NCBI GenBank assembly: GCA_965215015.1
Contig: OZ244042.1
Location: forward strand, 1,664,001-1,728,000
DNA from: Candidatus Poribacteria bacterium
Lineage (GTDB): Bacteria; Poribacteria; WGA-4E; PCPOR2b
Direction: 5' to 3'
Length of the DNA: 64,000 nucleotides
Numbering within the stretch: the first letter of the stretch is position 1; each line of letters opens with the position of its first letter. The notes beneath the pieces are model-generated. The model searched no databases, had not been told where the DNA came from, and saw only the letters and a program-made list of their open reading frames with translations. Below are positions 8,731 through 17,394 of this stretch, piece by piece. The position numbers and the translations under genes were made by a program.

Positions 8731-10239
8731 TTATTTGACGGGGACATACTGGGCGCGACCCTCATATTTTACGAGTAGCAAGATTTTGGCTTCATCTGCT
8801 ACCTTCTCCACCGCCGATTTGAACTCCGCTACACTGCGAATAGTTTGGTTCTCGACCTCAAGGATCAGCTCTCCTTTACGGAGCCCCGCTTTGGCAGCTG
8901 CACTGCCCGGCGCAACACTAGCAATTAACACCCCTTCATCGGCAGTGTACCCCAGCTTTTCAGCCAGATCGGCTGTCAGGTGCTGAACCGAGAGCCCTTT
9001 CCAAAGATCCACATATCCTTCAGAATCTTTGCCATGTTGAACAACCTGGGCGGAACGTTTACCAAGTGTCACGGTGATATCTTGCATCTGACCCTTCCGC
9101 AGAATCGAAATTGAGACGGTGGCCGCCGGTTTATACATGGCAATTGCAGCGCGTAGATGATTGACATTCCGGATTGTTTCGTTGTTAATGGCAGCGATTA
9201 TATCACCTTTTTGTAAACCAAACTCTGCAGCGGGTGTGTCATTGAAGACGCGGGCGATCAGGGCACCCATCGGTTTGTCCAAACCCAGTTTTTCAGCCAA
9301 ACTTGAGTCAACCTCTTGAATTGAAACGCCAAGCCAACCGCGCGTGACTTGTCCGTGTTCGATTAGTTCTGTCGCAACCTGTTTGACCGTGTTGATTGGA
9401 ATAGCAAAGGCGTTGTTCGATGAGCTGCCAGCAGTCATACCGATGATTTCACCTTTTGCGCTGACAATTGCACTGCCTCCTGAACCAGGACGCAGATTCG
9501 CGTCAATCGCGATCCAGTTTTCATAATTGACGATACGCGGATTGCGTCCAACGCCGCTAATCATTCCCAAGGAAATCGCAGGTTCCTGATTTTCGGTATG
9601 TCCGAGGACAATCATCAATTCACCGAGGACAACGTCATCCGAATCACCGAATTTCGTCGTCGGAAGCCAGTCAGCATCAACTTTGAGTACAGTAATCCCT
9701 GTGCCTTTGTCAGATGCAACCACTTCAGCCTCACGGCGTTCCCCGTCCTGAAACGTGATAGTAATCTCCTCACTATCATTAACCAATTCGATAACGGTGG
9801 CGATGTGCCCTTGTTCGTCAAGCAGGATACCAGATCCGAAATTGATCTTATATTGGATCTCAGACTGGAGTATATCTTCAGGCATCACATTATGCCGCTC
9901 CCGATACGGGTCAGCAGGGTCAAGAAAATAATTTTCGGACTTTTCATCACGGTCTGAGTTTCGGCGAAACCAACGACGCAATTCTGGACCGAACCATTCC
10001 CCTTCTTCAGATTTTCCCCGGCGTTCAAAGCGGGGTGCCTGATATTTGTCTTCGTCTGATCGCTCGGCTTCGATGCCAACAACGACTTCTCCAACTTCCT
10101 GTGCGAGCACGGCAAAACTTTTGCTGAGTGCTTGCAATGTTTGTTGTTCATCTGCCGCCGATACAGCATGTTGGAGTATGCCAAAGGCGAGTACGCAAAT
10201 AAGAACGACGCTGAGTGTTTGGGGTACATTCACTTTCAT
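8731..10239 (-). CDS. HtrA/DegP-like periplasmic protein with two PDZ domains; catalytic triad absent
   Basis: Signal peptide, trypsin-like domain (GSGILLD, GDSDDV, FAIPIN, RGWLGV) and two PDZ domains. Triad regions read TVIELV, DKGTGI and PGSGGS. Confidence 0.85.
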   Translation of the reverse strand: MKVNVPQTLSVVLICVLAFGILQHAVSAADEQQTLQALSKSFAVLAQEVGEVVVGIEAERSDEDKYQAPRFERRGKSEEGEWFGPELRRWFRRNSDRDEKSENYFLDPADPYRERHNVMPEDILQSEIQYKINFGSGILLDEQGHIATVIELVNDSEEITITFQDGERREAEVVASDKGTGITVLKVDADWLPTTKFGDSDDVVLGELMIVLGHTENQEPAISLGMISGVGRNPRIVNYENWIAIDANLRPGSGGSAIVSAKGEIIGMTAGSSSNNAFAIPINTVKQVATELIEHGQVTRGWLGVSIQEVDSSLAEKLGLDKPMGALIARVFNDTPAAEFGLQKGDIIAAINNETIRNVNHLRAAIAMYKPAATVSISILRKGQMQDITVTLGKRSAQVVQHGKDSEGYVDLWKGLSVQHLTADLAEKLGYTADEGVLIASVAPGSAAAKAGLRKGELILEVENQTIRSVAEFKSAVEKVADEAKILLLVKYEGRAQYVPVK

Positions 10240-10442
10240 TTTTTTTTTACCTCTCTTACGGTTTGAAGGGTAACACACTGTCCAAATCGGTAAGTTTCAT
10301 CAAAAACGGCTATATCATTCAGATCATATTGAAAATTGAGGAGATGATAGGGTATACTCTTACACAAGATCTATGAACAGATTTCTGAAGCATCTGCATG
10401 ATGCTTGCCTGTTTGGTGGTAAAATTGAAAGGAGGGTTTACC

Positions 10443-11249
10443 ATGTGTTGGGAAAAAAATTCTCAAAGGCGATGGAGCCTCGCCGTGATAACTATTGTAG
10501 CGAGTGTCCTTATCCTACCAAGTTTGACTCAAGCACAGAAAATCTTGTTTGAAGATAATTTTGATAAGTCGAAAGACAAGTTGAACGGCACGGGAAAATG
10601 GCACGCGGTCTCTGGGGCGTGGATAATTAAAAATGGCAAATTGGTACAGAACCAACGAAACGGTAAAAATCTTATCTTAGTATCTGATAGTCATTGGGAT
10701 GAAGAGTGGAAGGACTATTGGTTCTATTCAACGATTCATCTTGCAGCCGGTGAAAGCCCACTCCTCGTTTGGCGATTCCACAGTGATGAAGGTGCGGGTT
10801 TTGCTGGTAAGGAGGCTTTGCCACCCCGGATGCAACAGAGCTTGCGCCGCCATGTCATTTATTGGGCACTGAACAGGGAGGGGAAAAGGTCTGTCGTGCA
10901 TCGGCATATACGACATATCACGAAAGAGTTTGAAAAAACCGAGACAAAAACAAAACTTGATAGAGGCGTAGACTACTGGATCAAAATCGAGAATCACCCG
11001 AAAGGCTACCGTTTTTTCCTCACTGATAACGGCGCAGCAGCAGCCTTGGGTAATTACGGTCCAGCCCTTGTTGATGTTAAAGATGTCAACATGCAGGGGG
11101 AGGGGCGAATCGGTTTTGGGACTCAAGAGGCCATAATTGAGGTAGATAACGTGTTTGTCACTGAACCTGAAAAGAATCCTTTTGCCGTAGAAGCGCAGGG
11201 TAAGTTGGCAACCACGTGGGGGAGGCTGAAATCAAAGGTGGTCCAATAG
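10443..11249 (+). CDS. Secreted beta-sandwich (DUF1080/LamG-like) protein with a Poribacteria-type C-terminal motif
   Basis: GGAGGG RBS, signal peptide, ILFEDNFD, GRIGF...VDNVFV, tail AVEAQGKLATTWGRLK. Confidence 0.65.
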   Translation: MCWEKNSQRRWSLAVITIVASVLILPSLTQAQKILFEDNFDKSKDKLNGTGKWHAVSGAWIIKNGKLVQNQRNGKNLILVSDSHWDEEWKDYWFYSTIHLAAGESPLLVWRFHSDEGAGFAGKEALPPRMQQSLRRHVIYWALNREGKRSVVHRHIRHITKEFEKTETKTKLDRGVDYWIKIENHPKGYRFFLTDNGAAAALGNYGPALVDVKDVNMQGEGRIGFGTQEAIIEVDNVFVTEPEKNPFAVEAQGKLATTWGRLKSKVVQ

Positions 11250-11271
11250 GATTGCAAAGGGGATAGAACGA

Positions 11272-12030
11272 ATGAAGGTTGTGGTATTCGGCGCAGCCGG
11301 GTGGGCAGGCAGAGCTGTACTTGCCAATTTGACGGGCAAACATCAGGTCCGCGCCTTTGATCGGGGACCGGAAGCATGGGAGGAGTGGAGGGATATTGAT
11401 GGCGAATGGCAGGGCGGAGAGATTATCCACGGGGATATTGTGGACTTCTCCGCTGTGCACAACGCCACCCAAGGGATGGATGCTGTTATTCATCTCGCAG
11501 TCTATTTCGGGGGATACGGCGTAGATGATGCGCAGCCGTTCTTAATCAATTTGAAGGGTTTGTGGAATCTCCTAGAATCCACACAGCAACGTGGTATTGA
11601 GCGGGTGGTGCACATCGGGTCATGCCAGACGGAGCACCCCAAAGGGATATTTTTTAACGCGGATGTCAGGAGACCCGATGGAAGCCAGTACGCCGTTTGC
11701 AAGCGTTTGCAGGAAGAGATGTGCCGGCAGTTTTATGATGCCTACGGGTCACGCATTATTGTCCTGCGTCCGGATTATATTGTAGATAGTCGATTGGGAA
11801 TCAACAGGCGTCGAGAGAAACTAGGCTCCAAGGAGGCACCGGTGCGGAATGGGTGCGTGTGTCGGCATGATCTGGCGGAGGCATGTCGTCTGGGGATAGA
11901 GTCCGCAGCAATTGACTTCGATATCTTTCATATTGTGGGCACCCCCGAAGCGGATAACACCTGCAATGTGGAGCGGTCACGTCGCGTGCTAGGGTTGGAG
12001 TACCGGGGGAACCTGGAGCAGTATCGGTGA
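11272..12030 (+). CDS. NAD-dependent epimerase/dehydratase (extended SDR)
   Basis: GAAGWAG Rossmann motif, DAVIHLA, YAVCK (YxxxK). Confidence 0.85.
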   Translation: MKVVVFGAAGWAGRAVLANLTGKHQVRAFDRGPEAWEEWRDIDGEWQGGEIIHGDIVDFSAVHNATQGMDAVIHLAVYFGGYGVDDAQPFLINLKGLWNLLESTQQRGIERVVHIGSCQTEHPKGIFFNADVRRPDGSQYAVCKRLQEEMCRQFYDAYGSRIIVLRPDYIVDSRLGINRRREKLGSKEAPVRNGCVCRHDLAEACRLGIESAAIDFDIFHIVGTPEADNTCNVERSRRVLGLEYRGNLEQYR

Positions 12031-12134
12031 TGATGGCATTGTTTTTTTATTGAGATAGACTGAACATTGGTTATTTTTTATACTTAGTTAGCCGTCTGAC
12101 AAATATCGGCATTTCATAAAAGGATATTCACACG

Positions 12135-13328
12135 ATGACCAAACGCCCCAAAATTGCGGCCATCGTCACAGAGTACCGCAAGTACTCCCATGGCCAGCAC
12201 ATCGTTGACCGTTTCTTGGAGGGATACGGTTGGAACAGTTGGCACCACCATCCACCGATGGATCTGGTCTCACTCTACGTTGACCAGCGACCTGAAGGCG
12301 ACCTGAGTCGTGACCGAGCGGAACGTTTCCCCCAGATGAAAATCTATCCGACCATCGCCGACGCCTTGACCTTGGGAGGGGGTGACCTTGCCGTTGATGG
12401 GGTCCTACTAATTGGTGAGCACGGTAGCTATCCCACCAACGAGAAGGGGCAGCATCTCTATCCACGCTACGAGTTTTTCAAGCAGATTGTCTCGGTTTAC
12501 AAAACTACCGATAAAACTGCGTCTATTTTCAACGATAAGCATCTTTCGTGGAACTGGGACTGGGCGCGAGAGATGTACGACCTCTCTCAAGAAATGGACT
12601 TTGCGTTCATGTCTGGGTCGTCCCTACCGGTGACTTGGCGCACCCCGTCCATCGATATGCCATTGGGTGCCCGCGTCCGTGAGGCATTATGTATCGCGAT
12701 TGGAGGCGTTGACAGCTATGACTTCCACGCCTTGGAGACTATCCAGTGCATGGTGGAACGGCGTGAAGGCGGCGAAAAAGGTGTCAAGTGGCTGCAAGCC
12801 TACCGCGGGAACAAGTTCTGGGAAGCACACCACCAGGAACTGTGGTCGCGTGAACTGTTTGAAGCTGCCCTCTGCCGTAGTCACACCCTCACCCCCTCAC
12901 GGCAGGGGTTCAACAATATTTTCCCAACCCTGGACGAAATGAAACAGTTGGTTGAAGATCCAATCGCCTATCAGTATCAGTATGTAGACGGTCTCAAGGC
13001 GACCATGATTCTTATGAATGGACTGGTACAGGATTTCAACTTTGCCGCTCACCTCGAAGGTCAGGACGCCCCACTATCTACACAGATGTACCTGCCGATG
13101 CCCCCAGCGCGCACGACCCTTGCCAACTTTTTCTCACCGCTAGTCAACAACGTTGAAAAGATGTTCTTGAACAGAACAGCGACCTATCCGGTCGAGCGCA
13201 CACTGCTCACTACCGGGTTAGTTGCTGCCGGGGTTGAGAGCCTCTTTCAGGATCAGACGCGGCAGGGGACACCCCACCTGAATATTTCTTATCAACCGGC
13301 GAGAGAATCAACTTTCTGGAGAACCTGA
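12135..13328 (+). CDS. Uncharacterised oxidoreductase-like protein (distant Gfo/Idh/MocA-like), paralog 1
   Basis: Shares VDGVLLIGEHGxYP, FNDKHLS, GSSLP and FHALE..QCMVERRxGGE with 13350-14531 and 46926-48101. Confidence 0.65.
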   Translation: MTKRPKIAAIVTEYRKYSHGQHIVDRFLEGYGWNSWHHHPPMDLVSLYVDQRPEGDLSRDRAERFPQMKIYPTIADALTLGGGDLAVDGVLLIGEHGSYPTNEKGQHLYPRYEFFKQIVSVYKTTDKTASIFNDKHLSWNWDWAREMYDLSQEMDFAFMSGSSLPVTWRTPSIDMPLGARVREALCIAIGGVDSYDFHALETIQCMVERREGGEKGVKWLQAYRGNKFWEAHHQELWSRELFEAALCRSHTLTPSRQGFNNIFPTLDEMKQLVEDPIAYQYQYVDGLKATMILMNGLVQDFNFAAHLEGQDAPLSTQMYLPMPPARTTLANFFSPLVNNVEKMFLNRTATYPVERTLLTTGLVAAGVESLFQDQTRQGTPHLNISYQPARESTFWRT

Positions 13329-13349
13329 TTCCAAAGGAGAAAAACGTAA

Positions 13350-14531
13350 ATGGCACCCAAACGCATCGCCGTGATTGCTACCATCTACCGCTACCTGTCA
13401 CATGCCCAACATTTTGCCGACCGCTTCATGGTTGGTTACCCCTACGAGGGCCGCTGGCATCGTCCCGATACGCAGGTCGTTTCCCTCTATGTTGATCAGA
13501 AACCCGAAGGAGACCAATCTATTGACCGCGCTCGCGAATTCGGTTTCTCCGTGTATCCGACTATTTCTGAAGCGTTGCGCTGCGGGGGAGACAGACTCGC
13601 TGTTGATGCTGTGTTGCTAATTGGTGAGCATGGGGACTACCCAAGAAATGAGAAAGGTCAGGTTCTTTACCCGCGCTACGAATTTTTCAAGGAGTGTGTC
13701 AAAGTCTTTGAGGAGGCCGGACGGGCAGTTCCGATTTACAATGACAAACATCTTTCCTACAATTTCGAGAAGGCCCAGGAGATGGTGGACGACGGACATC
13801 GCTTGGGATTCCCAATCCTCGCAGGCTCGTCTCTGCCCGTAACCTGGCGCCTGCCAGATGTCGAATTGCCGCTTGATTGTGAGATTGAGAGTGCCTTGAT
13901 GGTAGGTGTCGGCGGCTCCGACCCGATGGATTATCACGCCCTCGAAGCCATGCAGTGTATGGTTGAGCGCCGCAAAGGGGGTGAGACCGGGGTCAAGGCG
14001 GTTCAATTAATTGAAGGGGAGGCGGTGTGGAAGACAGGCGAGTTAGGACGTTGGTCAAAGGAACTTTTGGAATCGGCCCTTTCTCGGTGCGACAGTCCGT
14101 GCGGACTGACCGAGGCCGATGGGCGGACTCAAGATCTGCTCGGCAGCGGCGAACTTCAGAAACTGGTCGAAAATCCAGCAGCCTATCTTATCGATCGCAA
14201 CGATGGACTCCAAACCACGCTACTTATGCTCAACGGTGCGATCAGAGACTACTGCTTCGCCGCGCGGCTCAAAGGGGTGGCGGATCCGGTGTCTACGCAG
14301 TTTTTTCTGCCGCCGACACCCAACGTGACCTACTCTGCCTGCCTAGTTGCCAAGATTGTAGAAATGATCATGACCGGGGTAGCCCCCTACCCGGCGGAGC
14401 GCACCCTGATTGTCAGCGGGATGCTGGAGAGTTGCCTGACTTCGCGGATACAAGACCATCAGCATCTAGAAACCCCGCATCTGCGAGTGGAGTATCAGGC
14501 ACCGACTGAGTCCCATCATGGACGAGCTTGA
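13350..14531 (+). CDS. Uncharacterised oxidoreductase-like protein, paralog 2
   Basis: Same motifs as the upstream tandem paralog; AAGGAG RBS. Confidence 0.65.
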   Translation: MAPKRIAVIATIYRYLSHAQHFADRFMVGYPYEGRWHRPDTQVVSLYVDQKPEGDQSIDRAREFGFSVYPTISEALRCGGDRLAVDAVLLIGEHGDYPRNEKGQVLYPRYEFFKECVKVFEEAGRAVPIYNDKHLSYNFEKAQEMVDDGHRLGFPILAGSSLPVTWRLPDVELPLDCEIESALMVGVGGSDPMDYHALEAMQCMVERRKGGETGVKAVQLIEGEAVWKTGELGRWSKELLESALSRCDSPCGLTEADGRTQDLLGSGELQKLVENPAAYLIDRNDGLQTTLLMLNGAIRDYCFAARLKGVADPVSTQFFLPPTPNVTYSACLVAKIVEMIMTGVAPYPAERTLIVSGMLESCLTSRIQDHQHLETPHLRVEYQAPTESHHGRA

Positions 14532-14595
14532 ATCTTATGTTTTGTGCTCGATATAGCAATTAAAGGATATTTCTATTGATTAAAGGAAGAATAAT

Positions 14596-15396
14596 GTGAA
14601 GGAGAACGGTATGACACCAGAGATAGCACTGCAGAAGCGCGAACAAATGATACGCGATGGCTACTGTGTGGTAGACGATATCTTGACCGAAGACTTCCTC
14701 GAGGAACTCCGAGAAGAATCAGAACGCTTGATCGCTGGACATGAGCCACCCCCTGACGTCAGGTATCAAGGGCAACATGTGGGCGTGCGGGGTGTGGACA
14801 ACCCAATCATTCAGAAACTGTTGGATTGGCAACCATCGCGTCAGGCACTTGAGCAGATGGGCTTTGGAGATTTCGAGAGTACTGGAGGGATTATCATCCT
14901 TACTAAAGATCCTCAAGAACCCGCGCTCTATTGGCACCAAGATTGGATGCTATGGAACGATCCGATGAGTTGCTCGCCATGGCCCCAGACCATGTTTCTG
15001 TCCTACTATTTGACCGATACAACGGTTGAAAATGGCTGTCTCAAAGTCATCCCCGGCACCCATCTCAAGCGGGTTCCGCTGCACGATCAACTAGTTCCAG
15101 CCCACGAACAAGGGGCTCGGTTTATTGAAGAGGATCACCCGATCATGTTCAGTGATCATCCGGATCAGATAAATGTCTTCGTCTCGGCGGGGGCACTCGT
15201 CTTGGCAGATGCCCGCGTCTTGCATTCAGCACACCGAAACTTGACAGACGAGCGACGCACCCTAATCTTAGCATGGCATAAGCGTCCCATGACAATTCCC
15301 GACATTTGGGAGGACGATATTCCTGATCTTATTACCAACCGCGATCCGAATCAGGAGTATCCCGGCTCTCGCATCCCTAGGGAACTTCTCAAATAG
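14596..15396 (+). CDS. Phytanoyl-CoA dioxygenase (PhyH) family 2OG-Fe(II) oxygenase
   Basis: WHQD, ENGCLKVIPGTH, LHSA...R motifs. Confidence 0.85.
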   Translation: MKENGMTPEIALQKREQMIRDGYCVVDDILTEDFLEELREESERLIAGHEPPPDVRYQGQHVGVRGVDNPIIQKLLDWQPSRQALEQMGFGDFESTGGIIILTKDPQEPALYWHQDWMLWNDPMSCSPWPQTMFLSYYLTDTTVENGCLKVIPGTHLKRVPLHDQLVPAHEQGARFIEEDHPIMFSDHPDQINVFVSAGALVLADARVLHSAHRNLTDERRTLILAWHKRPMTIPDIWEDDIPDLITNRDPNQEYPGSRIPRELLK

Positions 15397-15649
15397 GTCA
15401 GGGCAATTGCATGGAAATATTGTATAAGACTTACACAATTCGATTGCGAAAATCCTGTCCTATTTCTTACCGTACATGACTATGGCAATCTAATCGTGGA
15501 CACAGGCTCCCTAACCTGTAATCGCCCGTAGGTTGCGCGGACGATAAAGGCCCTGCCCCGCCTCATTGGGGTACTTCGCGCCTCCTGACGAACCGGCTCC
15601 GCAGCACGAGAGTCCAAGGCCCTTGCCCAATCTTACCCATTCCACCTTC

Positions 15650-16531
15650 TCAATTCTCCTTTTTGAACCAGATCTTCAGCGCGGTGCCCCCCATGATTTT
15701 GTCTTTTTCGTCCTTACTGATAGAGGGCAGGTGAAGATCCATTAAATCCACCAGTTTCTGATAGCCCGGCTCTTCGAGAATCCACGGAGAATCTGTGCAC
15801 CACATCATACGTTCAGGTCCATAGGCTTGGTAGATCTGCTCGACCATCGGTTTCATGTCTTCGTAGGGCCAGGGCTGCTTGGAGAAGGCATACTCTCCCG
15901 ACACCTTAATATACACATTTGGGAATCGTGCCATGTCGATAACCCTCCGATAAGTTGCCGGTGGCAATGGCTCATCGTCGAAACGAGGTCGTCCCCAACG
16001 GTCCACCACGCTGGGGGTGTTTGGCATCACACCGAGGTGATCTAGAGAGATGTTGAGGTTAGGGAAGGCAGCCGCTAGCATTTCTACACAGGCAATGCTG
16101 GCACTACCTGTGTAGATATTGATGTTGATACCCAACTCATCCGCACACTGAAACAGGGGATAAGCCTTCAAGTCTTCGGCTCGTGCGGCATTTGGATTGC
16201 CCAAATCCCCGGTCCGGATACCCTCGATGCCGGTAGCATCAACCAATTCTTTAAGGCAGGAGGGCGGATCTGGATCGTCTCCATTCACCAGTCCAGTGGC
16301 GGTGAAGCGATCGGGCCACTTCTGAACACAGTGGGTTACATACCTATGCTCTTCGATCCGAGTGCCCCCCATATCAATCAACACTGTCTTGTCTATACCT
16401 GCTGCGTCCATTTTTCGCAGGAGTTGCTCGGCGGGGGCTTCTTTATCCGCCGGTGCCAGACCACTGATGCCACGCGGGTATTCATCGCTCAACTTGGCAA
16501 ATACGTGCACATGTACATCTACCTTATCCAT
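15650..16531 (-). CDS. Amidohydrolase_2 family protein
   Basis: DVHVH, LDHLG, NVYIKVSG, RMMWCTDSP. Confidence 0.85.
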   Translation of the reverse strand: MDKVDVHVHVFAKLSDEYPRGISGLAPADKEAPAEQLLRKMDAAGIDKTVLIDMGGTRIEEHRYVTHCVQKWPDRFTATGLVNGDDPDPPSCLKELVDATGIEGIRTGDLGNPNAARAEDLKAYPLFQCADELGININIYTGSASIACVEMLAAAFPNLNISLDHLGVMPNTPSVVDRWGRPRFDDEPLPPATYRRVIDMARFPNVYIKVSGEYAFSKQPWPYEDMKPMVEQIYQAYGPERMMWCTDSPWILEEPGYQKLVDLMDLHLPSISKDEKDKIMGGTALKIWFKKEN

Positions 16532-16566
16532 ATTTATTATTTCTCCTGTTTGTGTATCTTTCTCAT

Positions 16567-17259
16567 TTACGATAAAACCAGATACTGTTTTGCGAGATAA
16601 TTAAGTGCCTCTTTATAGACTTCAAACATAATCGATAGACGGAAAAAGACCTCACCGAGTTCATATTCCCGCGCCATTGTATGTGCTGATGCACGTTCAT
16701 AGTATTCACGCCCAAAATCGATGTAAAATTGTGTACCCACCGGACGGTTTTTATAACGGCGACGATATTCGATCCACTGTGGAAAGATTCCTGTGAGATA
16801 AAGTGAGTAATTGCCGATATGAGAGTAAATGAGGAACTGCCGACGGGGATCTGCGTTTGCTGCTTCTTGAATCATATCCGTCAGATAGTGATGGGTCTGC
16901 TTATCGTTCCGATGAATGCGATACAATCGATCTGTCTTAACGAAAAGGCTTAGGAGATTGGCGATATAGTTGATGACCTTTTTATCCCCTAAAATCCGCT
17001 GGTCCATCAAACTACGTCTCAGGAGTACACTAAAAAATAGAAACGGTGAAATTTCTAATATCAACAGACTGCGATCACGAATCTTGTCGAACAAGGATTC
17101 GCTGTTTAGCATAGATTCAAGCGTTGTTGGTAGATGATGAATCAACTGAGCAATTTCCTCATAACTCCGTCCCGGCTTCGGGAAATTCTCGATCAGGAAT
17201 TGCAAATCCTTATCTGCCAACTGACTGAGATCTGTCCGGGCAAAATCGGGTTTTTGCAT
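16567..17259 (-). CDS. Conserved hypothetical helical protein
   Basis: 230-aa ORF with AGGAGG RBS and a HIGNYSLYLTGIFP motif; function not recognised. Confidence 0.6.
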   Translation of the reverse strand: MQKPDFARTDLSQLADKDLQFLIENFPKPGRSYEEIAQLIHHLPTTLESMLNSESLFDKIRDRSLLILEISPFLFFSVLLRRSLMDQRILGDKKVINYIANLLSLFVKTDRLYRIHRNDKQTHHYLTDMIQEAANADPRRQFLIYSHIGNYSLYLTGIFPQWIEYRRRYKNRPVGTQFYIDFGREYYERASAHTMAREYELGEVFFRLSIMFEVYKEALNYLAKQYLVLS

Positions 17260-17394
17260 CGCGCTATCCTCCTTTAATCAGCCAATCGTTATGAATTTGT
17301 TGGGCAGATTGTCATAAAACCCAAAAAGCGCCGCTGTTTAGCGACGCTTAGGTTTGAAATCTAATGCTATTTTTTTTAGATAGGGTATAGTGCA

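Noticed and set aside
13326-13352. UGA readthrough fusing the tandem paralogs (same frame)
   Set aside because: An in-frame TAA directly precedes the second ATG, which has its own RBS.
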